A DNA stretch of 63,988 nucleotides, the filler included, from Octopus bimaculoides (taxonomy: Eukaryota), in NCBI RefSeq assembly GCF_001194135.2. It is 9 parts of 6 records of this genome, joined end to end, with 100 filler letters (N's around TTAATTAATTAA, not from the genome) between each part and the next. Parts side by side here need not be neighbours in the genome. Positions count along the whole stretch, not along the records: positions 1 to 20,688 come from NC_068986.1; 8 more parts are not named here. One strand, 5' to 3'. Below, piece by piece: positions 1-12,095 of this stretch. Both the position numbers and the translations under genes were made by a program. The first letter of the stretch is position 1, and each line of letters begins with the position of its first letter. The notes below the pieces were generated by a model. That model had not been told where the DNA came from, searched no databases, and worked only from the letters and a program-made list of their open reading frames with translations.

Positions 1-527
1 CAAAGAAATTCAAGCAATACATATAACACCAAAGTTAAAAACATTCCCAACAATTCCACAATCCCCAACCTCCAGAGCTATTGAAGAAACTGTTATCATC
101 AACTGACCAAGGTTCCTAACATTTGCAAAACAAAATTAGACAATACGACGCTGTACTACAGATGACATCATTTGGAACCACAAGAGATTTAACTGAGGCA
201 GCATTCATCCAAACTTTCAAGATCCAACCTCAGTTTTATCATCGCATTGTCTCTCTACTAGCTCTGTCAAATGAATCACCAAAATTGGCCTTTCATTATT
301 TATAATCTGTACCTGTTTGTTTGGTTACAAAATAAAATTAACAAAACGTGTTTCTGAATTACATGTATTTACTTTATGTCTATGTTCCATGCTGGCATGG
401 ATTGGAGAGTTATTAAGGTAGAAATATGGTATCGTAGCTACTAACAGTTGAGGGTTGCGTAGTCTAGACAGCGTTTTTAGATTTCATTATTCTCTTTAAC
501 CCGGGCAAAGCCGGGTATTTCTGCTAG
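1..527 (+). mobile_element. Internally deleted Helitron: degenerate Rep/helicase N-terminal fragment (about 1-305) plus canonical 3' terminus
   Basis: Translation ...PPELLKKLL...KIRQYDAVLQMTSFG...FIQTFKIQPQFYHRIVSLL resembles the Helitron RepHel motif NIRxYNxxFQMTSFG...TFKIQGQxYHRIGSLL (family knowledge). The 3' end has hairpin ACCCGG-GCAAAG-CCGGGT (499-516), then CTAG (524-527) followed by T. Confidence 0.8.
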
Positions 528-1869
528 TGTGTAATAAACTGAAGATAAAAATCAAAAAACTTGAATTGGAATTCTTAACCTTGCTTCATAGACATACACA
601 CATAAGCAGATATGCTGATGTGTGTGTGTAAAATATGTAGCTGTATTTATCCTGTTTTTTAGAGTAGGTACAATATAGACCTAGATGTAAGAGTTTATTG
701 AAAGGTTTCACATCGGGGATGATATCTGGCCTTAAAATGCTTCCTTAAAAAAAGTCTCAAATTTGTTATGGAGGAGTGGATGTTAAACAATCATAATAAT
801 ATTTCAGTGTGTGTGTGTATGGTTATCTAAGAATTATGTGTTATGTAGCCCATCTTATGTAGTTGTAGGGAGAATGAGCTACAAGTATTGTTCTGTTCTT
901 GTTTTCTGTAGCTCTTGATCAGCTCTGGCTGTATGACCAAAGACCTTTCAGCTGCAACTTTCCCATATATAGGAATGATGTGTAGTGAAAAATAATTTTT
1001 ACCATAAAAGCATGTTACTTGAAATATTTTTAATGTTTTATTAAAAGCAAAATGTCCAACAAAATGTATTTCATTTTGCCCAAAGACACATCAGTAGCTT
1101 AACGATATTTTTATATTTTGTTTTGTCTCAAATCGTATTAGTGGCCTAATCTTGATCTAATACATTTTATCTGAAGATCTGTCAGTATCCTGTGTATCTG
1201 TGATCCAGTAACCCAAGGATATCTAGACATTTTTTTTAGTTATAAAGTCACTGTACATTCTTAGTTGGTATATATATATTTGTCATTATGCCTGATATTT
1301 GACCTCATGCTGTCATATTTCACTTGTTTTGACAAAGGCTTTATTGTGCTTTAAATGAACTTAAATTACCTGCAGACATTTTAGGCACCAAGATTAAATG
1401 ATTACTACTATTTACCTTGAAACAGCATGTGTGGAGTACATTCACAATCATAATTAGAAATATTCTATGTGGGTAAAATAAATACTGAAGACACTTTGTC
1501 GTAACTAGAAACTGCAGGAGCCACTTAGATTTTGAAGCTTTTCTCCTGATAGTGACTAAAGTTATCACAATGATGAGCACCCATCAGCAGGTTTCATGAA
1601 GTTACAAGCATTTTGCCTGTATGCTTTGCCTGAGTGGAGCAGTAAGGACTGAATTAATCTTTACCAACAGAAGGGTTCCATCTGTGACCTGTTGTCAACC
1701 ACAACCACCTTGAACTGATCTCAGCTGCCATGGTTGTCTGTCTAGTGGCCTTCTTTAGTTGCTTGGGTCCTACACCAATCTTCATGGGAAGCCATGCCTT
1801 TTGACCTCAAAGGGGAATGAGGCTTTAACAATAGTTTCAAATTTTGCCTGAAGAGCAGCAATTTTGGGG

Positions 1870-2040
1870 GAGGGCATGGGTTGATTACATCGACCCCAGT
1901 GTTCAGCTGGTACTTATTTTATTGACCCTAAAAGGATGAAAGGCAAAGTCAACCTCGGTGGAATTTGCACTTAGAATATAAAGGCAGAACGCTGCTAAGC
2001 ATTTTGCCCAGTGTGCTAACAATTCTGCCAGCTCACCACC
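1870..2040 (-). mobile_element. tRNA-headed SINE (core CCTTTCATCCTTT...GTCGATAAA...AAGTACCAG), CpG-decayed copy
   Basis: Homologous to many copies at 22.4, 26.4, 27.3-29.5, 54.9, 57.1, 60.2 and 63.3-63.7 kb. The core recalls the Meta/Sauria-SINE-type domain (from memory, unverified). Confidence 0.8.
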
Positions 2041-2466
2041 TAAATGAGGTTTTAATAATAATAATCCTTTGATGAGAGCATTATCAATTAAGTCCCAGTA
2101 TATGGTTTTCTTCAGATTGTGAGAAACAAATCTGTCCTTCAAGGATACTGAGTATCCCTGGAAGGTGATTGGTTTGGGCTTCTGGCTAGAGGAACCATGT
2201 CTGGTTGGACTGATGTTACTGCCATCTCATTCAGGAAGACTAGTCAACCTGTCAGATTCACTTCCATCTTGTAGTCTGAGGCTTGGTACAAAGTAGAAAA
2301 TGAGTTCCCCTCCCCCCACAGCTGCTTTTGTCTTAGGAGCCTTATTGCCTTCAGTGGTAATTTCTGTAACTCTGCAATCCCCATATTTAATTACCCATTA
2401 AAATTTTGATAAAATTCTTTTGAGATTTCTTTCATTTTGTTTGGTTTGGCCAAAACAAATGAAATA

Positions 2467-3290
2467 TTGGGTCATCCCATAAATAATGCGGTTTTGTTAT
2501 ACTTCTTTTACTTTTCAATATTAAGATAAACAAAGTTCTTTTTTAATCTAAAATATACTCTCCTTCATTTTCTACAATGCTCTTCCATCTATTTGGTAGA
2601 CTTGCAAGGCTGCTCTTCCAAACTTCATTTGTCCATGATGAAAAATACTCCTCCAGTACTGTTCTGACTTCGTCTACAGAATTCATATTTTTTCTGTCCA
2701 AATGATGTTGAAGACTGTAGAATAAATGATAAATGATAATCAGATAGGGCAATGTCTGGTGAATATGGTGGGTGGGGTATCGTTTCCCATTCAGCCTTTG
2801 GAATGCTATCCTCGATGTATGTGGCTGAGCATTATCCTGATGGAGGAACACTTTTCGGCTTGAAACCAAAGATGGTCATTTTTCTTCTAGCACTGACTTA
2901 AACTGCTTACAATAGATCTCCTTTGGTATTGTTTAGTTTGGGTTTAAAAGTTCAAAGTGGACTAAACCTTTCATATTCCACCAAACAGATAACAACACCT
3001 TATGTGGGTGAAGAGCTTCTTTAGCCTGGCATGCTTGTGGTTCTCCTCTCTCTACCCACTGTCTTCTGCGCTTGACATTTTTATAGAGAATCCATTTCTT
3101 GTCACCAATCATTATTCAGTCCCAAAAGGTTCATTCTTGACAGTAAAGAAGAGCACACATTCACTCTCTGCATGCGATTAGACTTGGAAAGTTTGTGAGG
3201 AACCCATTGACCCAATTTGCTGACTTGTTGAATGGTTGAATGACCAAATCCAAGCTTCTCTGCTAGTTCCTCAACAGTTACGATGGGATT
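2467..3290 (-). mobile_element. 5'-truncated, degenerate mariner (DD34D) transposon
   Basis: Minus-strand fragments contain WVPHKL, GDKKWILY, WWNMKGLVHFELL, HQDNAQPH and LPNRWKSIVENEGEYI. A TIR-like TTGGGTCATCCCATAAATAATGCGGTTTT starts at 2467, after TA. No matching second TIR was found. Confidence 0.9.
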
Positions 3291-3475
3291 TTGTTCCAGA
3301 TCTGACCTCTCACATGTTAAAACCAGACAGATCTGACCTCTCACATGTACTTAACAATGCCATTCTAAAAATTGCATAATCTTGAAACTACAAGATAAAG
3401 AATGATAAATTTAAAACACAATGTGAATAAATGTACATTATATTTGACAAAGTAATCTGATTGCTAAAGGGTTAA
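3290..3475 (-). mobile_element. TTAA-flanked (piggyBac-like) MITE, partial
   Basis: Ends in GCTAAAGGGTTAA and is the reverse complement of the copies at 6069, 11917 and 13661. Contains an internal 21-bp duplication (3297-3317, 3328-3348). Confidence 0.7.
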
Positions 3476-4039
3476 AGAGCAAGTTCGGTTTTAATAATGA
3501 GACAATAACTGAGTATTGACAGGTGAGGGTTAATCTAGGAACGTTGGTGGGAACAGGTGACTGGGAGTATAAGCTGAAACTTGGTGTTGTCATGACTGTG
3601 CTACAGTACAACAAGGTCAAATAGAAACTCCTTGTTGGAAAACAAACTTTTTAATCATGTAGCCATACCTGCACTTTTTTTTATTCTCTATGGCTCAGAA
3701 CTGTAATTCAGTGTGTGAATAATTAAAGGAATATTTTCTGGCTTTCTTTCTATTAGATTCTGCACATAGTCACCTCTCTCCAACCTAAATTTTCAAACTG
3801 TTTTTATTCAGTTGATCTGTTTGCTTTTTAAATGCGATGACGCTACTAGAAAGACCAGTTATTTTTCTTCCCACAATTATCAATGTGTGGATGATTTAAT
3901 AAAGTTCTATTTATAATTTATTTTCAGCAGTCAGTGTATTGGATATCTGAAACTAAACTATTTTGTTTTTATTCATGAAGAAAATTTCATTTTTGTCATT
4001 TATGTATTTCTTTTTTTTTTTTTCTTTTTTTTTCCCCAG

Positions 4040-4159
4040 ATTGTGTTCAAAGAGCCAAGTGAAAACAGAAAGGGGCAAACAAAAAGATCTTCACAGTAAT
4101 TTTGTTGCCTTCCAACATTCCTTGTCACATCTTTCTGGTTTCCCTTCCTCTCCAACAAT
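4040..4159 (+). other. POR: Probable 5' UTR part of the first POR coding exon
   Basis: A long poly-T tract ends in CCCCAG (AG at 4038-4039), and there is no ATG between 4040 and 4159. Confidence 0.55.
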
Positions 4160-4329
4160 ATGTTTGCAATAATTACAGAAGTGGCTGAGGAATCTGATCC
4201 CAGTTCTGAAGGCAGCATGATATCTTTACTGGATATTGCAGTTGTTAGTACGCTTATAGGATTGGCTTTTTATTACCTTTTCTGGCGGAAAACAGAAGAT
4301 ACAATGGATTTTCAAAGACTGAATATTGT
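4160..4329 (+). CDS. POR: NADPH-cytochrome P450 reductase, coding exon 1 (N-terminal membrane anchor)
   Basis: Encodes MFAIITEVAEESDPSSEGSMISLLDIAVVSTLIGLAFYYLFWRKTEDTMDFQRLNI(V). Donor GTGAGT at 4330, phase 2. The start codon (4160 vs 4217) is not certain. Confidence 0.8.
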
Positions 4330-5304
4330 GTGAGTTGATTATCTTATTAATTGGGTTTTATTTTATTTTGTGTACATTTTAAAATTATTAAGAAATTTTA
4401 CATTAGACTAATTTGTGAAGAGAACATGAATTTAATTTAATTTTAATATTTTAGGGAAGAAACCATATTTGCTTTTGCACAAAGACAAAATTATTTAGAT
4501 CTTAACTTTTCTTATAGCCATTTTATTAAAGATATAAGAAATAAAAAAGTTGGGATGAAAATAAGTCTTTTTTTTTTTAGGTATTACTGAGAAATTATTA
4601 AAATGAGTCTTTTTCACAAAGTTGTTCAAATGCAAATATAGCTATTAGATAATAGCTTGTATATTACATGCTATTAAAGCTACACTTATTTATGAGCAAC
4701 TTTGTACCTGTTCCTTTACATCCAATTTTTACATGCTGGGATGATTAAAAATGTACACATTCAGTTGTCATTGGAAAAACCAGTATTTTAGACATAGCTC
4801 CCTTGCAAACTACCAACCACTCAGCCACATATTGCATATAGTACTGGTTCTCAGCCAGGCAGATTTATTTGCTTTGCAGGAGAACAACACAGTCTTAATG
4901 GTTGCTAACATTATTGTCTCTTACTGTTGTCTCTGCTCACAGAATTTTTTATGTTTGGAAAAGAAATATTTCTCAATTATATTTGTTATTTGTTAAGAAA
5001 AAAAAACAAACAAATTGACTGTTATTAGATTTGTTGCTATAAAGAACTACTACTACTATTGTAATTTTATATTTATGAGCTTGAGAAAAGAAAGTAATTC
5101 TGAGAGATCCAAACAAAAATGAAATCTCTTATTTGTTTACAAATTGAAACATCACAAAATTTTTGAGAACATTTTAAAAGTGGAATTTCTGTTTACCATA
5201 TTTATTCACACATAACATGCTTGCTGCTACTTAGAACCATGCACACACATAGATAACTTCACACTTTACTTATATATTCAAACACTAACATTATTAGCTT
5301 GTGA

Positions 5305-5486
5305 CACATAAAAGCACCCACTACACTCTCTGAATGGTTGGCGTTAGGAAGGGCATCCAGCTGTAGAAACTCTGCCAAATTAGATTGGAGCCTGGTGTTG
5401 CCATCCGGTTTCACCAGTCCTCAGTCAAATCGTCCAACCCATGCTAGCATGGAAAGCGGACGTTAATCGATGATGATGATGATGAT
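5305..5486 (+). mobile_element. SINE/retroposon 3' tail family ending in (GAT)n
   Basis: GGTTGGCGTTAGGAAGGGCATCCAGCTGTAGAAAC...CATGCTAGCATGGAAAGCGGACGTTAA(TGA)n. Reverse-oriented copies lie at about 9716-9835, 10420-10520, 12945-13120 and 15720-15880. Confidence 0.8.
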
Positions 5487-6068
5487 TCTAGACACCTCCT
5501 GTCAGATGTATATTATTTTATTCTCATTAGTATATTTATATCATGATTTATTTACAAATCATTCATTGTTGCAGTTCTTTTATTCTTCATTATATAGAAG
5601 TCATTTCTTCAGTTCTGATTTAAAATAATAATATGAAAGAATTAAGATTATTTCTTCAGGTAGTTATACCTATCTTTAGTGTTGCTAACACTGCCACTAC
5701 CATTGTTTTATCTCTGCTTCCATGCAGGCATGGATTGGATAGTTCATCTCAGACTGAGTTTGCTCCTTCTCAGTTACTGCTCTCCCAAAACATTCTAAAT
5801 TTGGCATGGTCTCTATGGCTGGATACTCCTCTTAACACCAACCACTTTATGGCATTTTATCATGGCACCAAAATTGTTGTCATGTTCTCACCAGGATATG
5901 ATTAAAAAAAAATTCACTCTAATGTTAATAATCCAATGACTCTACCTCAGCCATTTAAACATTGAAATAGTTAATTCATAAAGTTCATTTCTCTTGAGTT
6001 CTGTTCTACATTTGGTCTGTTGATGGTTTTCTGACTCTCTTTGTTTTCTACTTTCTACAGTTAATCTA

Positions 6069-6297
6069 TTAACTCTTTAGTATTTGAATTATTCTGCTAA
6101 ATGTAAAGCTTATTTATTCATATCATTTTGAATTGATCATATATTGTCTCATAGCCTTGAGATTTTGATTATGTTATCGTCTATTTGTGGGATGACATTG
6201 TAGGGTAGGTGTGAGAAGCTAGACCTGGCCAGTTTTCAACCTGGAACAGGAGGCATATTTGGGCTGGATATGGCTGGTTTAAATGCTAAAGTGTTAA
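6069..6297 (+). mobile_element. TTAA-flanked piggyBac-like MITE
   Basis: TTAACTCTTTAG...GCTAAAGTGTTAA, sharing internal sequence with the 11917 and 13661 copies. Ends 63 bp upstream of exon 2. Confidence 0.7.
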
Positions 6298-6360
6298 TCT
6301 TACTGTCTGTTACACAGTTACCAACCTTATTTCTAATCACTCTCTTCCTCACTCTTTCAG

Positions 6361-6412
6361 CCCAGCTGCAAAAACAGAAGACAGTGGATTAATAGGAAAG
6401 ATGAAAACTTTG
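6361..6412 (+). CDS. POR: POR coding exon 2
   Basis: Acceptor CTTTCAG. Encodes (V)PAAKTEDSGLIGKMKTL. Donor GTAAGA, phase 2 in and 0 out. Confidence 0.85.
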
Positions 6413-6998
6413 GTAAGAGTTTAACAGCTGTATAATTTAAAATAGTTTTTCTACTGCATGAGTTCAGCCATTGTTGTAATATAATTTGTTTTCTATATTT
6501 ACCTAGTGACTTTGTGCTTATACACTTTAATAAACTATATAACTGTAACTATACTGAGTTATGTATTTGTATATATGTCATCACCAGTGTTTTAGCATCC
6601 ACTTCTCCATGTTGGTGTGGGCCAGATGGAATTGGTTCAAGTGGTGCTTTCAGGTTTAGTCCTATTGTGTAGCACCTTGGGCAGGTATCTTCTATTATAG
6701 CCTTGAGTTGACCAATGTTTTGTGAGTGGATTGACAGAAGCTGAAAGAAGCCCTCCATTTCCAGTTGGTGATATGATACATCCTCTAGAAGCAGAGTTAA
6801 TTTTAATAATCAAGAATTTTTGTTGTATGGTATTTGATACACCAGTATTTGTCCATGTTATTCAAATACATGCCACTGGCCACTTCGAGTTATTTCTCCT
6901 AGTTCGTTTTTCTTTAATAAATGAAAATTTCTAGGCCATATCTGTTTTCCACTCCATCTTGTATAAGTCTAAGTTCTTTGGCTACTGGAGATAAGGTT

Positions 6999-7056
6999 GG
7001 ACAAGTGATGTCCTGATGAAGGCTACTGAGCCAGAAACACATATCCATGACTGTCC
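6999..7056 (+). ncRNA. Decayed type I hammerhead ribozyme motif
   Basis: GGACA-AGTGAT-GTC CTGATGA A GGCT(ACTG)AGCC A GAAAC ACATATCCAT GAC-TGTCC. Stem I (with bulge) and stem II are intact. Stem III and the cleavage triplet are degenerate. Confidence 0.5.
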
Positions 7057-7689
7057 TTTTCCTTGATGGCATGACAACTTTACAGAATTCTTGAATCTGG
7101 AGATTATCTCCCCTTCTCAAGCAGAGCTGGTCATAATTGCTACTTCACTATCATGATACATCCACTAGAGGCAGAGGTAATTTTAATAAAGCAAGAATTT
7201 TTCTTATATGAAGGCAATATGAGGTTCTAGAGAAGACCTGCCCACGTCAGCGAACCTGAGTACTAGAAGTGTTGTGTTCCATCCCTTATAACAATAAAAT
7301 TACCACACACCCTACCTCAGTAAACCAAACTACATTTCCTCTCCCTAACTATCTCTTCCCTTGCTCACATTTCCTCTTCATACACTATAACTATCTCCCA
7401 CTCCCCAATCCTGTCCTCACTATCCTGATTTCTGTACTGTTGCTTTCCGCACCCCATCTATATACTCAGGTTCTCACCAGTTACAGCATTCCCCACCCCC
7501 ACTCTCTACCTACTTGTGCCTTCTGGGCAATGCCCTGCTGGCACCTGTTACCATTTATCTCTCTCTTCCTTACTCTACCATCCCATCTATGCTCTTATCC
7601 CTATTCCTTGCGAGTACACCCTGGCACTTTGCCACCATTATGATTTGAACATTAGGTTTTGCCTGACACTTTATTCAACTATTTGATTG

Positions 7690-8530
7690 AATAGACCATC
7701 CCTGAACTCATTGGCACCATTGATTTTGCTGAAGGCATCTCTGTACATGCTCTTAAACCATTCACTCTATGACTAGTTTTAAAGACCAGAGATTACAGAG
7801 TGTGGTACCCTGTCAAAGACCTTACCCAGGTAGACAAATGTCAGGTAAAGTGGCTTACTCTTAGCTGAGGACTTTTGTAGTTATTTCACTAGGAAGAGTG
7901 TATGAGTAGTGCTCTGACCTTGCCCCAACCTTAACTGGATCTATTTTAAGCTAATTCTCTTTCTAATTTCTTGGGCTAAAGCTCATTCTATTTCTTTCAT
8001 AACCTGGTCCATCAATTTGAAGCTTCTGCATTTGCTTCTCTGTAATGCATCTCCTTTGCTCTTGGTGTTGATACTGATACAACTATGCCAGTCATTAGCT
8101 ATTGGCCCTCTCTCTACTATTCTGTTGACTATGTAGGTGGCTAGTGTATGCTCTATTCTGCTGGATATTTTCAGCATTTCTGCAACTATTCTTGATGGTC
8201 CAGTTGCTTTCCTTGCCTTAATATCCTTAACTGTATTTTAACCATACTGCTGTCAACTTAATAGCTGGACCTGCTGGTGGATCTACTTGGAGTAGTCCCT
8301 CTTACTTCTATGCATTCTCCACATTAGGCTTTCTCTTCAGCATTTCCAAGTCTTCTTAGTGTTGGTAGAGTAGATGCTTTGGTGTCATTCCCCACATACT
8401 TTTTCTCAACATTATCTTGGTTCACACTGACACACTGTTTTGCAATTTAGAACATTTCAAGCTTCTGCTCACTGCTTTACAGAACTTTGGTGAATCTCTT
8501 ACCTTTAGATTCTCTCTGTACTACAGATAT
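7690..8530 (-). mobile_element. RTE-clade LINE reverse transcriptase remnant
   Basis: IVNRIVERGPIANDWHSCISINTKSKGDALQRSKCRSFKLMDQVMK and MYRDAFSK match RTE RT motifs. Stops and frameshifts are present. Confidence 0.8.
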
Positions 8531-8552
8531 CTAATCTAGCTTGATTAGCGCT

Positions 8553-8944
8553 GTTGTTGTTGTTGTTGGCACTCCGTCGCTTACAACGTTGAGGGTTCCA
8601 GTTGATTCGATCAACGGAACAGCCTGCTCATGAAATTAACGTGCAAGTGGCTGAGCACTCCACAGACACGTGTACCCTTAACGTAGTTCTCGGGGATATT
8701 CAGCGTGACACAGGGTGACAAGGCTGACCCTTTGAATTACAGGCACAACAGAAACAGGAAGTAAGAGTGAGAGAAAGTTGTGGTGAAAGAGTACAGCAGG
8801 GTTCACCACCATCTCCTGCCGGAGCCTCATGGAGCTTGAGGTGTTTTCGCTCAATAAACACTCTCAACGCCCTGTCTGAGAATCGAAACCGTGATCCTAT
8901 GACTGCGAGTCCGCTGCCCTAACCACTGGGCCATTGCGCCTCCA
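8553..8944 (-). mobile_element. Full-length young tRNA-derived SINE with 13-bp target-site duplication
   Basis: Head GTGGAGGCGCAATGGCCCAGTGGTTAGGGCAGCGGACTCGC...GGTTTCGATTC (A/B boxes) and an (AAC)n tail. TSD CTTGATTAGCGCT at 8540-8552 and 8945-8957. Confidence 0.92.
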
Positions 8945-9125
8945 CTTGATTAGCGCTAACCTGAAGCCAAACTACAAATAAACATGAATTTAATCTGAAA
9001 TATAACAATTATCAGTTTGCGATCTAAATCATATATACTAACTGTTCTTCAATGTTTAACTTCCTACTCCACTGTTATTTCAGAAACTTGGATTTCACAT
9101 TTAATACTTTTCCATTCTATACTAG

Positions 9126-9254
9126 GGAAAGAATGTTGTGGTATTTTATGGTTCTCAAACTGGAACTGCTGAGGAGTTTTCTGGGTGTTTAGCCAAGGAT
9201 GCTCTACGCTATGGTATGAAAGGTCTGGTCATGGATCCAGAGGAGTGCAATATG
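9126..9254 (+). CDS. POR: POR coding exon 3 (FMN phosphate-binding loop)
   Basis: Encodes GKNVVVFYGSQTGTAEEFSGCLAKDALRYGMKGLVMDPEECNM. 129 bp, AG/GTAAGT. Confidence 0.97.
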
Positions 9255-9494
9255 GTAAGTTATCTTCTTCAAGCAATAACTGTTCCATTGCAGATATTTC
9301 TAATTAGATTTTTAATGATCATTATATTAAATATAGTAACACAAACTTGACTATTTTTAAAAATGTAGATGGCATCTCTGAGTAATTAATCTTAGTGATT
9401 GATATTTTCTCTAAGCATACTGTTATGTATAATTGTAGCAATGTTACTTTGAAAGAAAAAGAGAAGATATATATATTTTTGATATTTTTCTTGC

Positions 9495-10000
9495 GATGCA
9501 TCTCGTTTCAGTCATTTGATGACGGCCATATTGGGGGCACTGCCTTTAAGGGCTTTAGTCAAACAAATCGACCCCAGGGCTTATTTTTTTCAAGCCTAGT
9601 ACTTATTCTATCAGTCTCTTTTGCTGAACTGCTATGATATGGAGATGCAAATACACCAGCATCAGTTGTCAAGCAGTGGTGGGGGACAACACAAAGACAC
9701 ACACACACATACATCATCATTATCATCATTTAATGTCTGTTTTCCATGCTGGCATGGGCTGGATGGTTTGACTAAAAACTGGTAAGCTGGGGACCTGCAC
9801 CAGGTTCCAATCTGATTTCACATGGTTTCTATGGCTATACATATATACATGATGAACTTCTTTCAGTTTCCGTCTACCAAATCCACTCTCAAAGCTTTGG
9901 TTGGCCTGAGTCTCTAGTAGAAGACGCTTGTCCAAGGTACCAAGCAGTGGGACTGAACCTGTAACTGTGTGGCTGGGAAGTAAGCTTCTTACCACACATC
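9495..10000 (-). mobile_element. tRNA-headed SINE with internal microsatellite, and a nested (GAT)n-tail fragment
   Basis: Homologous to the head at 29888-30050 (GGCTGTGTGGT...GGCACCTTGGGCAAG) and the body at 58745-59095 and 63750-63900. Confidence 0.8.
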
Positions 10001-10170
10001 ACTTACTTTGCTTGCACACACTGAGAAATACTTAAATATTGAAGTATTTAAATGCAGTGTGGTTAGTTTTGAAAATGCCAGTATTGATTTTGAGAGTGTA
10101 TCCTGTTTTCTATTGAGTGTGTAATATCATTTAATGAAAGTTCATTATTCGATAAATCTTTCTTTTGTAG

Positions 10171-10320
10171 GAAGAGCTAAGTAACTTTTCTGAAATAGAG
10201 AATTCCCTTGCTATATTCTGTATGGCAACATACGGTGAAGGAGACCCTACAGATAATGCTCAAGAGTTCTTCAATTTGTTGCAGCAAGATGAAATTGAAC
10301 TTAATGGTCTTCGATATGCT
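10171..10320 (+). CDS. POR: POR coding exon 4
   Basis: Encodes EELSNFSEIENSLAIFCMATYGEGDPTDNAQEFFNLLQQDEIELNGLRYA. 150 bp, AG/GTAAGT. Confidence 0.97.
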
Positions 10321-11916
10321 GTAAGTAAAAAAAAAACCAAAAAAAAAAACCCCCCAAAAAAAACAATTTGATTTAATACTATTATGTTTTTCTTTCTTTC
10401 TTAATGTTTTAGTCTTTCTCATCATCATCAACATTTAACATTTGCTTTCCATGCTGGCATGGATTGGATGGTTTGACTGAAAACTGGTAAACTTGGAGGG
10501 CGGGGGACTGCACCAGGTTCTGATCATTCTGATTGATATTTTTTTTCTTATTGGTTGGTATTTATAGTTCATTTATTTAAGAACCATTTTCTTTCAGTGC
10601 TGGCATGGGTTTGGACAGAGATTTCTGTAAGTTAGGATTTTACAGCTGGGTGCTTTTCTGATAATCAATCTCTACCTGCTTTTTCAGTAAGGGATATTTT
10701 TAATGCACAGGTCTTCAAAAGAGTGACTGGTCATAATGTCAACAAGGAATGTCAGCATCAACACTGCTTTGCTCAAGTGCTAAGTGTGGAACATTTAAAC
10801 ATTGACACAGATTTGCATATGAATGCACATGTGCATGCATGCATGCACCCCCTCCCCCCCACACACACAATAGGCTTATACAAGTTTCCTTTTAATAAAT
10901 TCCTTCATATGGCATTGGTTAGCTTGGGGGTATAGTTGACACTTGCCCAAGGTGCTCTGCAATGGGACTGAACCTGAAATCATGTGGTTTCAAAGCAAAC
11001 TTCTAACCACTTGGCTATGACTGCACCTATAATATTCACATTAATCTGTTGTCTTGTTTAACAACCATACCACCTGGTATGACGATGGCTTACTCCACCA
11101 GTCTCGGAATCCTGCAAAAGGTTGTGGACACTGCTCTTCTGACTGACTGATAAAAAAATTTTTTTTTTAATTTGAGTTATGCTATAGAAGCAACTCTACA
11201 ATATAAACTTTATTAGTTGAAAATCCAGAGGTTGTAGGTTCTGCCTGAGAAAAATCTCTTTATAGAAGTATTGCATTATGAAACAATATATTTCAGAGCT
11301 GGGTGAAAACTGCCCCAGGTATAACCATGAGAGTAACAGATATGTATTTTGTTGTTGTGACTTCTCGATATCATGCACTCATGTCACTTCTGAAACAAAA
11401 TCAAATTATCTAGTCTGAAGTATATAGAGATAGTGTAAAAACTAAACATTGGTTTGCAAAGGTGCTGCATAAGCAGAATAAAATCTGAGTTATGCTTATG
11501 CAATAAATTAGAAGCAGATCTATAGTTAACATATGGGTGTAGTAAAAAAAGCCAGACTGCAGTTTTTGTCTGGAAAAATGTGGTTTTGTTAGGTACCTAG
11601 AACACTCCACATCATGCCTATTATTCTAGAATGGTTTGAAGAACTCTCCATTTTATGTTTTAAGCTTGCCTCAACTACTTATCTTTATATTCATTTATGG
11701 TATCATACCAAATGCACTTCTATCTCTTGTAAAATAAACAGATTTTTATATGTATCTTTTGTATAATTATCATATAGGTATATAATTAAGACCATATAGT
11801 GAGTGACTTTAGTTATTGGTTATGGGATCAAGATTATTATGCTAAAACTATTGCAGTTAGTTCATTGTGTATTTGGGTACTTAATTCTACGTCTAAATTC
11901 ACTTAGCTGTCAGAGC

Positions 11917-12095
11917 TTAACCCTTTAGCATCCAGATTACTCTGTCATATGTAATGCTTATTTATTCACATTGTTTTGAATTAATCATGCATTGTCTTGT
12001 AGTTTCAAGATTTTGATACGATTGTTTATTTTTAGAATGACATTGTAGGGTAGGTGTGAGAGGCTAAAACCTGGCCTGTTTTGAATGTTAGATTC
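11917..12095 (+). mobile_element. TTAA-flanked piggyBac-like MITE, 3'-truncated
   Basis: Starts TTAACCCTTTAGCAT; internal sequence shared with the 6069 and 13661 copies. Confidence 0.7.

Noticed and set aside
2130-2300. Possible decayed Penelope LTR or hammerhead on the minus strand
   Set aside because: The core motifs are too degenerate to support a call.
8870-8944. tRNA-like sequence
   Set aside because: It is the head of a TSD-flanked SINE; I could not form a complete cloverleaf.
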